64,000 nucleotides of DNA, from assembly GCA_963514005.1 (NCBI GenBank), contig OY740781.1, forward strand, positions 66,464,001 to 66,528,000. The letters are read 5' to 3'. A program made the position numbers and the translations under genes. Shown piece by piece: positions 8,093 through 19,970 of the stretch. The DNA comes from Raja brachyura (lineage: Eukaryota). Below the pieces are notes generated by a model, which was given only the letters and a program-made list of their open reading frames with translations, searched no databases and was not told the origin of the DNA. Numbering within the stretch: position 1 is the first letter of the stretch; every line of letters begins with the position of its first letter.

Positions 8093-11000
8093 CTATTTTA
8101 CTTCGGAGTCACGTGAGTGATTCCGTGAAGAAGCCCCGCCAGTCCGCATGCGCATCATATTGTCGTTCGCATGGCGAAGCACCGGACTGGCAGAGCATCG
8201 CTCCTGCTGGCGGTAAGTTTAAACCGAGAAGGTAAGTTTTGTATTACTTACCAGGGTTTGCTGTTCGAGCAGGAACCTCTCCACAGAGTTTCCTGCTAGA
8301 TTTATGGCGAAGGTCGGCGAGTGAACCGGCTATGGGCTGTGGGGAGACCCCGGTTCCGTCCACGGAAGCGGATAGTCAGTAGATGTCGGGTTCGCGATTC
8401 CAGCCACTGACAAGGCGGTCAGTGGCTTCCAGCCTGCTATGATGCCCGAGGAGGGGCAAATCAAACAGGAACGCTGTATCACCACCAGTCACTGACAGTG
8501 CAGTCAGCGGCTCACAGACACGGTGGTTCCCAGGCATGGGGTGAAATCACCGATAAATCGATCCGCCTTATTGGACTCGGGCTGCAAGGGTTCCCCTGTG
8601 GTAATAAGTGTGTATGTGCATGGATGCTGTTATCATTTTAACCCTTCACAGGTGAAGCTCCACACTCCAAAATTAATGTCCCCGCTTGGAGAAGGACACC
8701 ATGCCGGATCAGTACACCTCAGACACCGGATCTGTAACAGCGCGGGCCTATGGGACAGGCCGTGCCAGCAGCACCTGGGACAGGGCTGCTTAATATCTCC
8801 CTGCTGGAGGGGGAGACCATGACGGGTCAGTGTACTGCTGATACTGAATCTGTCACAGCGCCGGCCTACGGGAGTGCCCTCGCCAGCAGCACCTGTTGAC
8901 AGGGCTGCTTAATGTGTGACAGCACCGGCCTGTAGGAATGTTCCATCCTGGTATAGGTCCATTGAGGGCCGTATCAGCGCGGGTATCCTCAGGGGCCTGC
9001 GGCAGCACCTGTTTAGGGCTGCCTACAAATCGCCCTCTCTGAGGAGGGGAGTGTGAAAGGTCAGATGTAACTGACTCCAGATTCTAAAGATGTCGGTGGA
9101 ACAAACTGGAGCACATGCGTGCCGGCTGTGAACAGTGCTAACAGGGGGATATGAGAGCCAGCCAGCTGAATCTTCTATTCAGGTAAGGCCTATTCAACAG
9201 GAAAACTGGCGGATGAAGCAAAAGCTGTTGGATCAATCAAGGCCAACGGCGGGCAAAGGTTCATCATTTTAGAACGTACCCCAGGCGTTCATACGCAGTA
9301 AGCTGTTCACTGAAGCTGGTGGCAGCATGACAGCTGAGCAGACGTTCCACGCACCCTATCAGTCCTACTCAACAACGTGGGTCTGGCACTTCCGAAACAT
9401 GGGTAAGTGGACCACTCACAAGTTGGTAATATTTACACTTGTTTGTGCAACACACAAATGATAAAAGCATCTGCTTAGAGGCATTTAACCATGTAAAACT
9501 GCATAATACTAGCATTCCAAGCAAGTTTGGAATTAGGGCCAGAATTGTCATTTAGGCAGGCTCAGTATAATGGCCAGAGTTGCCTTTGGACAAAATGTAT
9601 GAGGGAGGCTCAGTATTATGGACAGGATTGTCTTCTAAGACAGGCTCAGAAATCGGGCCAGTTATCGTGCGAAGCACCCATGGAATGATGGCAGGAGTGG
9701 CGGTTAACTCGCATATGAACTTTCCGAATAGGAACTTTCTTTACTGACTAACAATGGATTCATAAGGGTCTCAAAGATCCATTCTATGCCGTTCCCATTA
9801 CAGAGATCATCGGAGACATTGGAAATTATCAAAAGGCAATGATAACTGTACTAATAACAGTAAAACATTGCAAAATGGGATAAACTATTTACCCAGGTTA
9901 TTTAACTAATTAATAAAAGCAGTGTTTGGAATTTAAAAACACTTGTTATGTCTTGTCTGGATGATAATCTAACTGTATTTTGTTTAAATCATGTGTTTCA
10001 GCCTCAAACTATATTAAAGAAATTGGGCTCATCGGTTAACTTTAAGTTGTTACCAAATAGACTTGTTGGTCATTGGAATTTACCTTTAACTATTAATTAG
10101 CCTATGACTCCGCCCTGTGGCAAGAGATTGGAGTTAATAGAAACCTGTTATAAAGCTGACTTCTATTCATCAAGAATAATTGGCAATATAGTAGCTGTGT
10201 TTCAGCTGTGCAAGTCGTGGAACTGACATTGGGCAAAGTAGCCACCTCTCAAATGACATGTAGATCATTGTTAACAAGCTTATGCTATTGCCAACTGAAG
10301 CTACCTAAGTCACAATGATGAACAAACAGTATTCAGCATTGCTCCAGTAGTTTGGTCAGTCGAATTTCAGTTATTTACAAACTAATGCTAAGTGCTCTAT
10401 GGTGGGAAATTGCAAATATCATCTCTAGTTCGGAGGTGGAGGAGATTTGCATGAGTTGCAAATTCTTAAGTTGTTGGTATCAACTAACTATATACACTAG
10501 ATGCACCCCATGGGTAAAGAGCTATTGAGCGAATATACATAATCCACATGCTCAACTTCAAGTTGATACACTACGGTGGTGGCATATGGTAGTCACAAGG
10601 CAATCAAGTAAAAGTATCCTGTAATAATTTACCTAATCTCCTTTGCCACTGGTGTATCATCAAGTTCAGATTGATGACAACACAGAATAGGTATTGGATC
10701 ACAAAGTATTATGAAAGTATGGTTCAATGGAACACCGAATATCGACATGTTGGTTTCATGCTTATTCACTGATTGCAAAAATATGTGGCATAACAGTGGG
10801 GAGAGATACATTCTTGCTACAAGAAGGAGAGTTGTTCTTTTATGTCTTCCTCCATTTTGCCTCATCAGTCGGGTCTTGAAATAAAGTCAGCAAGATCTCG
10901 CTTTAGTTTTCGTACTCTCTGACTGGCGATGCAGCCATGCTTCCTGCTTCTGTCAGGCATACAATTGCAACCATATACGGTTATTCTAAAAAAACAAAAC

Positions 11001-12140
11001 TTTGCTGGTTCAAACTGTGGTTCAGGAACCCAGCCTCTGCATAAGTTCTCCCACTACAAGTATATGCAGCATTGGATATTGACAGTGTGTTAACAATACT
11101 TCACCAGGGAGCTCCAGCTACATCCTTAGTCATGACACTAGTATCAGCACAATGAGGGCAGACATTGCAAAAGCTGCAGCTAGATAGGATGGAAATGGAT
11201 GCAGATGCCATTACGTTTTACATTTCTGATCTACACAAGCAGAGCAGACAAGGGGTGGCAGGACTTACGATCATATTTCGACATACCCCACGGACTCACG
11301 TCTATGTGTGAGGGCAGGCTTGCTATATTATATCAAGGCCACCAGAACTATAAGAGGTGTGGAATCAGCATTGTTTATTAGCGACAAACAACCACATAAG
11401 AAAAGGTCGGTTCAGACTATTTCAAGGTGGCTGAAGCAGGTTCTGGTTTATGCAGGTATTAACACTGACAATTTTACATCTCATTCCACCAGGGCAGCAT
11501 CAACGTCAGCGGCCAGGGCAATGGACATTCCCATCGCCATATCCTCGCGACCGCAGGATGGTCAACTGACTTGATTTAAAAAATTTTTTTACCATAGATC
11601 GATTGCTGACCCGGGCTATTTGCCCATTCTGTTTTGCGTCCACTTTAGCCTCCCCAGAGATAGAGGGTTTGCTATTGATTTTCTTTATTAACATAAGCCA
11701 TTAATACATTTAAATCAATGTCATGGTTAATGCATTGTTCATTATTCACTCATCCTGAGTCAATCGATGCAGTGAGACGCCGGGATTTGAATCTGTGGCA
11801 CAGAGCTTTGAACTCTTCATGGATCACTCACATGACTCTGAAGTGAAATAGTAAGATTAAATGAGAACTTACCAGTTTGAAGTTTGATCTTTATTTTAAG
11901 AGTTACGTTGGTGATTACGTGCCCTCCACTCCCAACCCTCTCTCACAAAGGTCATCTGGTAGTTCTCAAGTTGCTGATCTTACTATGTTACTTCAATTAC
12001 TGTTACCTGTGATACCGCTGCTTTGAAGATTGACGTGCATGCGGACTGGCGGGGCTTCTTCACGTAATCACCAACGTAACTCCACATAAAATAAAGATCA
12101 AACTTCAAACTGGTAAGTTCTCATTTAATCTTACTATTTT
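8093..12140 (+). mobile_element. DIRS1-type tyrosine-recombinase retrotransposon, structurally complete but coding-degenerate
   Basis: Left terminus 8093-8152; right ITR 12036-12064, complementary to 8124-8152; ICR ~11815-11921, complementary to both termini. Remnants of RT (SCLDD, ~9950), RNase H, a methyltransferase-like region (GTPNIDM, ~10730) and YR (SHSTRAAS). Confidence 0.92.
11060..11600 (+). pseudogene. DIRS tyrosine recombinase remnant
   Basis: LFISDKQPHK...TISRWLKQVL..AGINTDNFTSHSTRAASTSAA, then frameshifted LATAGWS...FYHR (HxxR, W and catalytic Y region). Confidence 0.85.
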
Positions 12141-13259
12141 CTATCCATGTCAGCACTCTACCCCCAATACCATGTGCCCTAATTTTGCCCACTAATCTCC
12201 TATGTGGGACATTATCTAATGCTTTCTGAAAGTCCAGGTATACTACATCCACTGGCTCTCCCTTGTCCATTTTCCTAGTTACATCCTCAAATAATTCCAG
12301 AAGATTAGTCAAGCATGATTTCCCCTTCGTAAATTCATGCTGACTCGGACCGATCCTGTTACTGCTATCCAAATGTGCCGCTATTTCATCCTTTATGATT
12401 GACTCCAACATCTTCCCCACCACCGATGTCAGGCTAATTGGTCCATAACTCCCTGTTTTCATTTTCCCGACTATCTCAAAAAGTGGGATAACATTAGCGA
12501 CCCTCCAATCCACAGGAACTGATCCTGAATCTATAGAATATTGGAAAATTATCACCAATGTATCCACAATTTCTATAGCCACTTCCTTAAGTAACATGGT
12601 ATGCTGACCATCAGGTCCTAGGGATTTATAAGCCTTCAGTCCCATCAGTCTACCTAGCACCATTTCCTGCCTAATGTGGATTTCCTTGAGTTCTTCCGTC
12701 ACCCCAGATCCTCTGACCACTAGTATATCAGGAAGATTGTTTCTTCCCAGCGAAGACGGATCCAAAGTAGTTGTTCAATTTATCTGCCATTTCTTTGTTC
12801 CCCATAATAAATTCAAAATTTTCAGTCTTCAATGGCCCAACTTCGGTCTTAACTATTTTTTTCCTCTTCACATACCTAAAGAAGCTTTTACAATCCTGCT
12901 TTATATTCTTGGGCAGCTTACCTTCGTACCTCATCTTTTCTCCTTTTTAGTTATCTTCTGTTGCTCTTTAAACATTACCCAAACCTCTTGCTTCCTGCTC
13001 ATCTTTGCTATGTTGTACTTCTTCTCTTTTATTTTTATACTGTCCCTGACGTCCCTTGTCAGCCACGGTTGCCCCTTACTCTCCTTGCAATCTTCATTCC
13101 TCTTTGGAATGAACTGGTCCAGCACCTCATGTATTATTCCCAGAAATACCTGCCAACTTTGGCCAGCTCCTCCCTCATGGCTCCATAGTCCCCTTTATTC
13201 AACTGTAACACTGACACCTCCGATTATCCTTCTCCCTCTCCAATTGTAGATTAAAGTGT

Positions 13260-13582
13260 GTCAGAGGGAGAAAACAGTTTAAAAAGAGAGGCAAAACACA
13301 CACAGACTAAACTCAGAGCTTTCGTGGATCTTGAAGAAACAGCAGCAAAGAGAAGCAGGAAAAAGAACTGATTGGCACTAGCCCGAGTGGGAGGAGAGTT
13401 AGAAGCGTGTCAGAGGGGGAACACAGTTTAAAAAGAGAGGCAAAACATAGACAGACTTAACTCAGAGCTTCCGTGGATTTTGAAGAAACAGCAGCAAAGA
13501 GACGCAGGAAAAATAACTGATTGGCACTAGCCCGAGTGGGAGGAGAGCGAGAAGCGAGTCAGAGGGGGAAAACAATTTAAAA
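13260..13582 (+). repeat. 149-bp tandem monomers (2.2 copies) at the CR1 5' end
   Basis: GTCAGAGGG at 13260, 13409 and 13558; each full unit has ATTGG (13371, 13520). Confidence 0.9.
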
Positions 13583-13782
13583 CTGAGGAATTGTAAATTG
13601 GTTTGTAAATTGGTAAATTAGGCAATTTATCAGTCAATATAAGCAAGACGGCTCTTAGGTAGCGGCCATGAGGGAGCGGCCTTGTGAGTAAAGTGTGAGT
13701 TTTTGGCTCGAGAGTCTTCGGTGAGGAAGCTGAGGGGAGGAGGCTACGCAAATCGCTGGAGAGGGAGAGATGAAAGAAGGAG

Positions 13783-14708
13783 ATGTCAGGTAGGCTGACA
13801 TCAGTGCGATGCTTACAGTATGTGGGAGGTCAAGGACACCGCTGGTGCCTCTGGCTGCTATAAATGTGAGAAGTGCATCCAGGTACAGCTCCTGAAGGAC
13901 GTGTTGGGGAATTGGAGAAACAAGTGGATGACCTCAGGTTCGTCCGAGCAATGGAGTCGTCCCTCGATGAGTCCTCCAGCAAGATTGTTACACCGAAGGT
14001 ACTGGAAGAGGGAAGGTGGGTGACAGTGAGAAACACAAGTAAACATGGAATGCACAGGTCCGCGGGTGTTGTACCTCTTGTGAACAGGTTCACCCACATA
14101 GTGCGTCAACATCTTCTGTCCCGACAGCTTCTGAGCGGCGCACTGGCTTGCGATGCAAAAAGTGCTGTTGAACCAAAACCAAGGAGGCCGACGTCAGGCA
14201 ATGCAGTGGTGGTTGGAGACTCCATTGTGAGAGGTACGGACAGGGGTTTCTGCGGCAACAGACAGGATTCGAGGATGGTGTGCTGCCTCCCAGGTGCCAG
14301 GATCCAGGATGTCACAGAGTGCAGAAAATCCTCAACGGCGAAGGTGAACAGCCGGATGTTGTAGTGCACGTTGGCACAAACTATGTCGGAAGGAAGGGGA
14401 TGAATATTCTGAAGCATGACTTTAGAGACCTCGGAAAAGTGCTGCAAAGCAGGACCTCCAGGGTGGTTATCTCCGGTTTGCTTCCAGTTAATCGTGCTGG
14501 CGAGAGCAGGAACAGGGAGATACAGGACCTGAATGTGTGGCTGGGGAACTGTGGCAGGGGCAGGGATTTAGATTCTTAGACCACTGGGATCTGTTTTGGA
14601 GTAAGGAGGAACTGTACAAAAGGGACGGATTGCACCTTAACAGGTGGGGGACCGGGATTCTGGCAGGCAGGTTTGCCACTGCAACACAGGTGGTTTTAAA
14701 CTAAATAA
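13783..14708 (+). pseudogene. CR1 ORF1 (Zn finger / coiled coil / SGNH esterase), frameshifted
   Basis: YKCEKCIQVQLL, VVVGDSIVRG, VVVHVGTN and DGLHLN motifs spread across frames. Confidence 0.85.
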
Positions 14709-14879
14709 GGGGTGGGGGGTGAGGGGTGTCAACTGGGATGTCAAGGACGGAGTTAAAGGGAAAGGGAGTAAAGGGATAGTTAATGACCCCAGAACTAATG
14801 GGAAAGAAAGCTCACAAAGGGATAAGAGAGTATGGCCAAGTGTAGTGGGGATCGATGTGAATGGTGAGATGCGCAAGGC

Positions 14880-17740
14880 ATTAAAAGAACTGTATTTGAA
14901 GTATAAGAAGTAAAGCAGATGAGCTTGAGTCTCAGATAGAGGTTGGTAGATATGACATTGTGGGGATTACTGAGACGTGGCTGCAGGAGATCGGGCCTGG
15001 GAACGTAATATTCAGGGTTATGCATCCTACAGAAAGGACAGGCAGGTGGGCAGAGGAGGGGTGGGGGTAGCTCTTCTGGTGAGGAATGAAATTCAGTCCC
15101 TTGTGAGGGAAGACATAGAGTCTGACGAGGTAGTCACTGTGGATTGAGTTGAGGAATTGCAAAGGCAAGAAGACACTAATTGGTGTTATCTACAGACCCC
15201 AAATAGTAGCCCAGATGTAAGGTATAAGTTGCAGCAGGAGTTAAAACTGGCATGTAACAAAGTTAACACCACTGTGGTGATGGGGGATTTCAATATGCAG
15301 GTAGACTGGGAAAATCAGGTTGGTTCAGGACCCCAAGAAAGAGAGTTTGTAGAGTGCCTCCGAGATGGATTCTTAGAGCAGTTTGTAATGGAGTGACCAG
15401 AGAAAAGGCAATTCTGGATTTAGTGTTGTCCAATGAACCAAATTTGATAAAGAGAACTCAAGGTAAAGGAACCGCTTGGAGCTAGTGATCATAATATGAT
15501 TAGTTTTAATCTGCAATTAGAGAAGGAGAAGGTTAAATCGGAAGTGGCAGTGATGCAGCTGAACAAAGGGGATTATGAAGGCATGAGAGAGGAGCTGGCC
15601 AAGGTAGACTGGAAAGGGATACTTGCAGGAATGCCGGTGGAACAGCAATGGAAGGAATTTCTGGGCATAATCCCGAAGACACAGGATCATTTCATTCCAA
15701 AAAAGAAGAAAGATTCTAAGGTGAGTACGAGGCAACCGTAGCTGACAAGAGAAGTTAGGGATAGAATAAAACTAAAAGAAAAGATGTATAACACAGCAAA
15801 GAGTAGCCGGAAGCCGGAGGATTGGGAAACTTTCATAGGACAACAGAAGGAAACAAAACGGGCAATACGGGCTGAAAGGATGAAGTACGAAGGGAAGCTG
15901 GCCAGGAATATAAAGAGTGACAGTAAAAGCTTCCTTTGATATGTTAAGGGAAAAAGAGTAGCAAAGTCAAATGTGGGTCCCTTGAAGGCAGACACTGGTG
16001 AAATTATTATGGGGAACAAGGAAATGGCAGAAGAGTTGAACAGGTACTTCAGATCTGTGTTCACTAAGGAAGACACAAACAATCTCCCAGAAGTACTGGA
16101 TGACAGAAGATCTAAGGGGGTCAAGGAACTGGAAGAAATTTTAATTAGGCGAGAAATAGTATTGGGTAGGCTAATGGGACTGAGGGATGATAAATCCCCG
16201 GGGCCTGATGGGCTGCATCCCAAGGTCCTCAGGGAGGTGGCTCTAGAAATAGTGGACGCATTGGTGATCATTTTCCAATGTTCAATAGATTCAGGATCAG
16301 TTCCTGTGGATTGGAGGATAGCTAATGTTATCCCACTTTTCAAGAAAGGAGCGAGAGAGAAAACGGGGAATTACAGACCAGTTAGCCTGACTTTGGTGGT
16401 GGGAAAGATGCTGGAGTCAATTATTAAAGAGGTAATAATGGGGCATTTGGATAGCAGTAAAAGGTTTAGTCCAAGTCAGCATGGAGTTATGAAAGGGAAA
16501 TCATGCTTGACTAATCTTCTGGAACTTTTTGCGGATGTGACAATTAAAATGGATGAAGGGGAGCCAGTGGATGTAGTGTATCTAGGCTTTCAGAAAGCCT
16601 TTGATAAGGTCCCGCACGGGAGATGGGTGACTAAAATTAGAGCGCATGGTATTGCGGGTAGGGTGTTGACGTGGCTAGAAAATTGGTTGGCAGACAGGAA
16701 GCAAAGAGTAGGTGTGAACTGGTCCTTTTCAGAATGGCAGGCAGCGGCGAGTGGAGTGCCGCAAGGCTCGGTGTTGGGGCCGCAACTGTTTACCATATAT
16801 ATTAATGATTTGGAATGGGGAATTAGGAGCAACACCAGCAAGTTTGCGGATGACACAAAGCTGGGTGGCAGTGTGAACTGTGACGAGGATGTTAGGAGGT
16901 TACACTATCAAGTTAGTGGGTGACACAAAGCTGGGTGGCAGTGTGAACTGTGAAGAGGATGTTCGGAGGTTGCAGGGTGACCTGGACGGGTTGAGTGGGT
17001 GTGCAGATGCGTGGCAGATGCAGTATAATATAGATAAATGTGAGGTTATCCACTTTGGTGGCAAAAACAAGGGGGCAGATTATTATCTCAATGGGGTTAG
17101 GTTGGGTGAGGGGGAGATATAGAAAGACCTGGGTGTCCTTGTACACCGGTCACTGAAAGTTGGCATGCAGGTACAGCAGGCAGTTAAGAAAGCTAATGGA
17201 ATGTTGGCCTTCATAACAAGAGGATTTCAGAATAGGAATAGAGAGGTTCTTCAGCAGTTGTATAGGGCTCTGGTAAGACCACATCTGGAGTATTGCATAC
17301 AGTTTTGGTCTCCAAATTTGAGGAAGGACATCCTTGTGATTGAGGCAGTGCAGCGTAGGTTCACGAGATTGATCCCTGAGATGGCGGAACCGTCATATGA
17401 GGAAAGATTGAAAAGACTAGGCTTGTAGTCACTGGAGTTTAGAAGGATGAGGGGGATCTTATAGAAACATAATTATAAAAGGACTGGACAAGCTAGATGC
17501 GGGAAAAATGTTCCAAATGTTGGGCGAGTCCAGAACCAGGGGCCATAGTCTTAGAATAGAGGGGAGGCCATTTAAGACTGAGGTGAGAAAAAACGTTTTC
17601 AACTAGAGAGTTGTGAATTTGTGGAATTCCCTGCCACAGAGGGCAATGGAGGCCAAATCACTGGATGGATTTAAGAGAGTTAGATAGAGCTCTAGGGGCC
17701 AGTGGAATCAAGGGATGTGGGGAGAAGGCAGACACAGGTT
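14880..17740 (+). pseudogene. CR1 ORF2 (APE endonuclease plus RT) with stops and frameshifts
   Basis: [53 protein letters not shown]. Confidence 0.9.
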
Positions 17741-17751
17741 ATTGATTGGGG

Positions 17752-18236
17752 ACATAGAAACATAGAAACATAGAAATTAGGTGCAGGAGTAGGCCATTCG
17801 GCCCTTCGAGCCTGCACCGCCATTCAATATGATCATGGCTGATCATCCAACTCAGTATCCCGTACCTGCCTTCTCTCCATACCCTCTGATCCCCTTAGCC
17901 ACAAGGGCCAATCTAACTCCCTCTTAAATATAGCCAATGAACTGGCCTCAACTACCCTCTGTGGCAGAGAGTTCCAGAGACCCACCACTCTCTGTGTGAA
18001 AAAATTCCTTCTCATCTCGGTCCTAAAGGATTTCCCCCTTATCCTTAAGCTGTGACCCCTTGTCCTGGACCTCCCCAACATCGGGAACAATCTTCCTGCA
18101 TATAGCCTGTCCAACCCCTTAAGAATCTTGTAAGTTTCTATAAGATCCCCTCTCAATCTCCTAAATTCTAGAGAGTATAAACCGAGTCTATGCAGTCTTT
18201 GTTCATAAGACAGTCCTGACATCCCAGAAATCAGTC
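17752..18236 (-). mobile_element. 5'-truncated CR1 inserted antisense in the 3' UTR of the larger CR1
   Basis: (CATAGAAA)3 tail on the plus strand; ORF2 C-terminus LGLYSLEFRRLRGDLIETYKILKG. Confidence 0.88.
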
Positions 18237-19335
18237 TGGGACGATCAGCCATGATCGCAATGAATGGCAGTGCTGGCTCAAAGGGCTGAATGGCCTCCTC
18301 CTGCACCTATTTTCTATGTTTCTATGATCGCTGTGTCTGGGAAGGAATCGTTCCGTTGACCGAGTACCCCACGAGGAGGATTTATTAGAGTGTGTGATTC
18401 ATCGTCATAATAAATTAATGATTGTGGTTTAAATAAGAGTGTGGTTGTGCCTGATAATAATAAGCAGCTTGATTTCTTGTCTGTGTACTGTGTTACTTGC
18501 GTGTTTGGAGTTCATTTTCATGTGTTTTGATTGAGGGTTAAACGAGTTGCGAGAAGGTGTTTGATTGTATTCGAATGTGTTTGATTGTTCCCTGGAGAAC
18601 TCTGATCTTTGGATGACTGAGGATTGTGGAAATTGTAAGGTTGAAAGTGTGTGTATTTGTGGGAGATAGGCGAAGAATTTGAATAAGAGAGTAGGATTGG
18701 TGGAGCAAAGGAGTAAAGAAGTGTGAGGCTGCGGACGCTTCGAAGCCATTAGCCACTGTTCAAGAGTGAGCTTGATAAAATTAGGGATTAAAAGGAAGAA
18801 GTGAAGGGTTTAGGAATTCTGTTTCGGTTGTTCGGAGGCATGGGTAACAGCATAGATGGAAGATGAAAGGAGCCCATTGCAAATAATGTGCAATGAGTTC
18901 CCTCACAAGGCAGAGAAATTAAGAGATTTGTCAGGAGCGCTAAATAAGAAATTAGGACACAAGCTATGGCCGACAGGGGGCATTAGAACAGTAAAAGGAA
19001 TAAAATACATAGAACAAATTATTTGGCAGCATAGTAATAACGAGACTGCAAAGGAATTAATAGGATTATGGAAAAAATATTATGAGGAACGGAAGGCAAA
19101 TAAAGAGGTTAAGAGGATGGAATAGAACTGAAAGAAGGTGAAGTAGATCGACCTCCAGGCAGTAGGAAGGACAGGAGTGGAGATGAAGGAAAACACACGG
19201 AACAGGGAAAAGGCAGATCTCCTGGAAGGAAAGTAGTCCTTGGAAATTTAAAGTTTAGGGATCCAATGGTTAGTGCTGACCTCGAGGGGGAAGGAGATTA
19301 ATATTTGGAAGAATGGACAAATGTTAATGCTAGCC

Positions 19336-19970
19336 TTTTGTGTGCTGGCCTTTATAAATCAGAGCATTGAATATAGGAGTAGGGAAGTAATGTTAAAATT
19401 GTACAAGGCATTGGTAAGACCAATTCTGGAGTATGGTGTACAATTTTGGTCACCTAATTATAGGAAGGATGTCAACAAAATATAGAAAGTACAGAGATTT
19501 ACTAGAATGTTGCCTGGGTTCCAGCAACTAAGTTACAGAGAAAGGTTGAACAAGTTGGGTCTTTATTCTTTGGAGCGCAGAAGGTTAAGGGGGGGACTTG
19601 ATTGAGGTCTTTAAAATGATGAAAGGGATAGACAGAGTTGACGTGGATAAGCTTTTCCCATTGAGGGTAGGAAAGATTCAAACAAGAGGGCATGACATGA
19701 GAATTAAGGGACAGAAGTTTAGGGGTAACATGAGGGGGAACTTCTTTACTCAGAGTGTGGGGGCTGTGTGGAATGATCTTCCTGCAGAAGTGGTGGAGGC
19801 AGGATCGATTTTAACATTTAAAAGTAAAGTGGATAGGTATATGGACGGGAAGGGAATGGAGGGGTATGGTCTGAGTGCAGGTAGATGGGACTAGGGGAAA
19901 ATAAATGGTCGGCATGGACTGGAAGGGCCGAGAAGGCCTGTTTCCGTGCTGTAATTGTTATATGGTTATA
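19336..19970 (+). mobile_element. 5'-truncated CR1 (second lineage) inserted in the ERV
   Basis: [19 protein letters not shown]; near-identical to the minus-strand copies at 33020-33420 and 50940-51570. Confidence 0.88.

Larger units (their letters stand above)
7411..13253 (-). mobile_element. CR1 ORF2 fragment split by a DIRS insertion
   Basis: RT motifs GVPQGSVLGP and FADDTKL at 7411-8091 continue at 12141-13253 (GKSCLTNLLE, VDVVYLDFQKA). Confidence 0.9.
13254..18326 (+). mobile_element. Near-full-length CR1 LINE (5' UTR, ORF1, ORF2, 3' UTR, TTTCTATG tail), inactivated
   Basis: ORF1 zinc finger plus SGNH esterase; ORF2 APE plus RT. The 3' UTR is interrupted at 17752-18236 and resumes to ...TTTTCTATGTTTCTATG. 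Confidence 0.93.

Noticed and set aside
15973-16923. 316-aa RT ORF as an active retrotransposon gene
   Set aside because: It is a fragment of a CR1 ORF2 with upstream in-frame stops and a frameshifting duplication.
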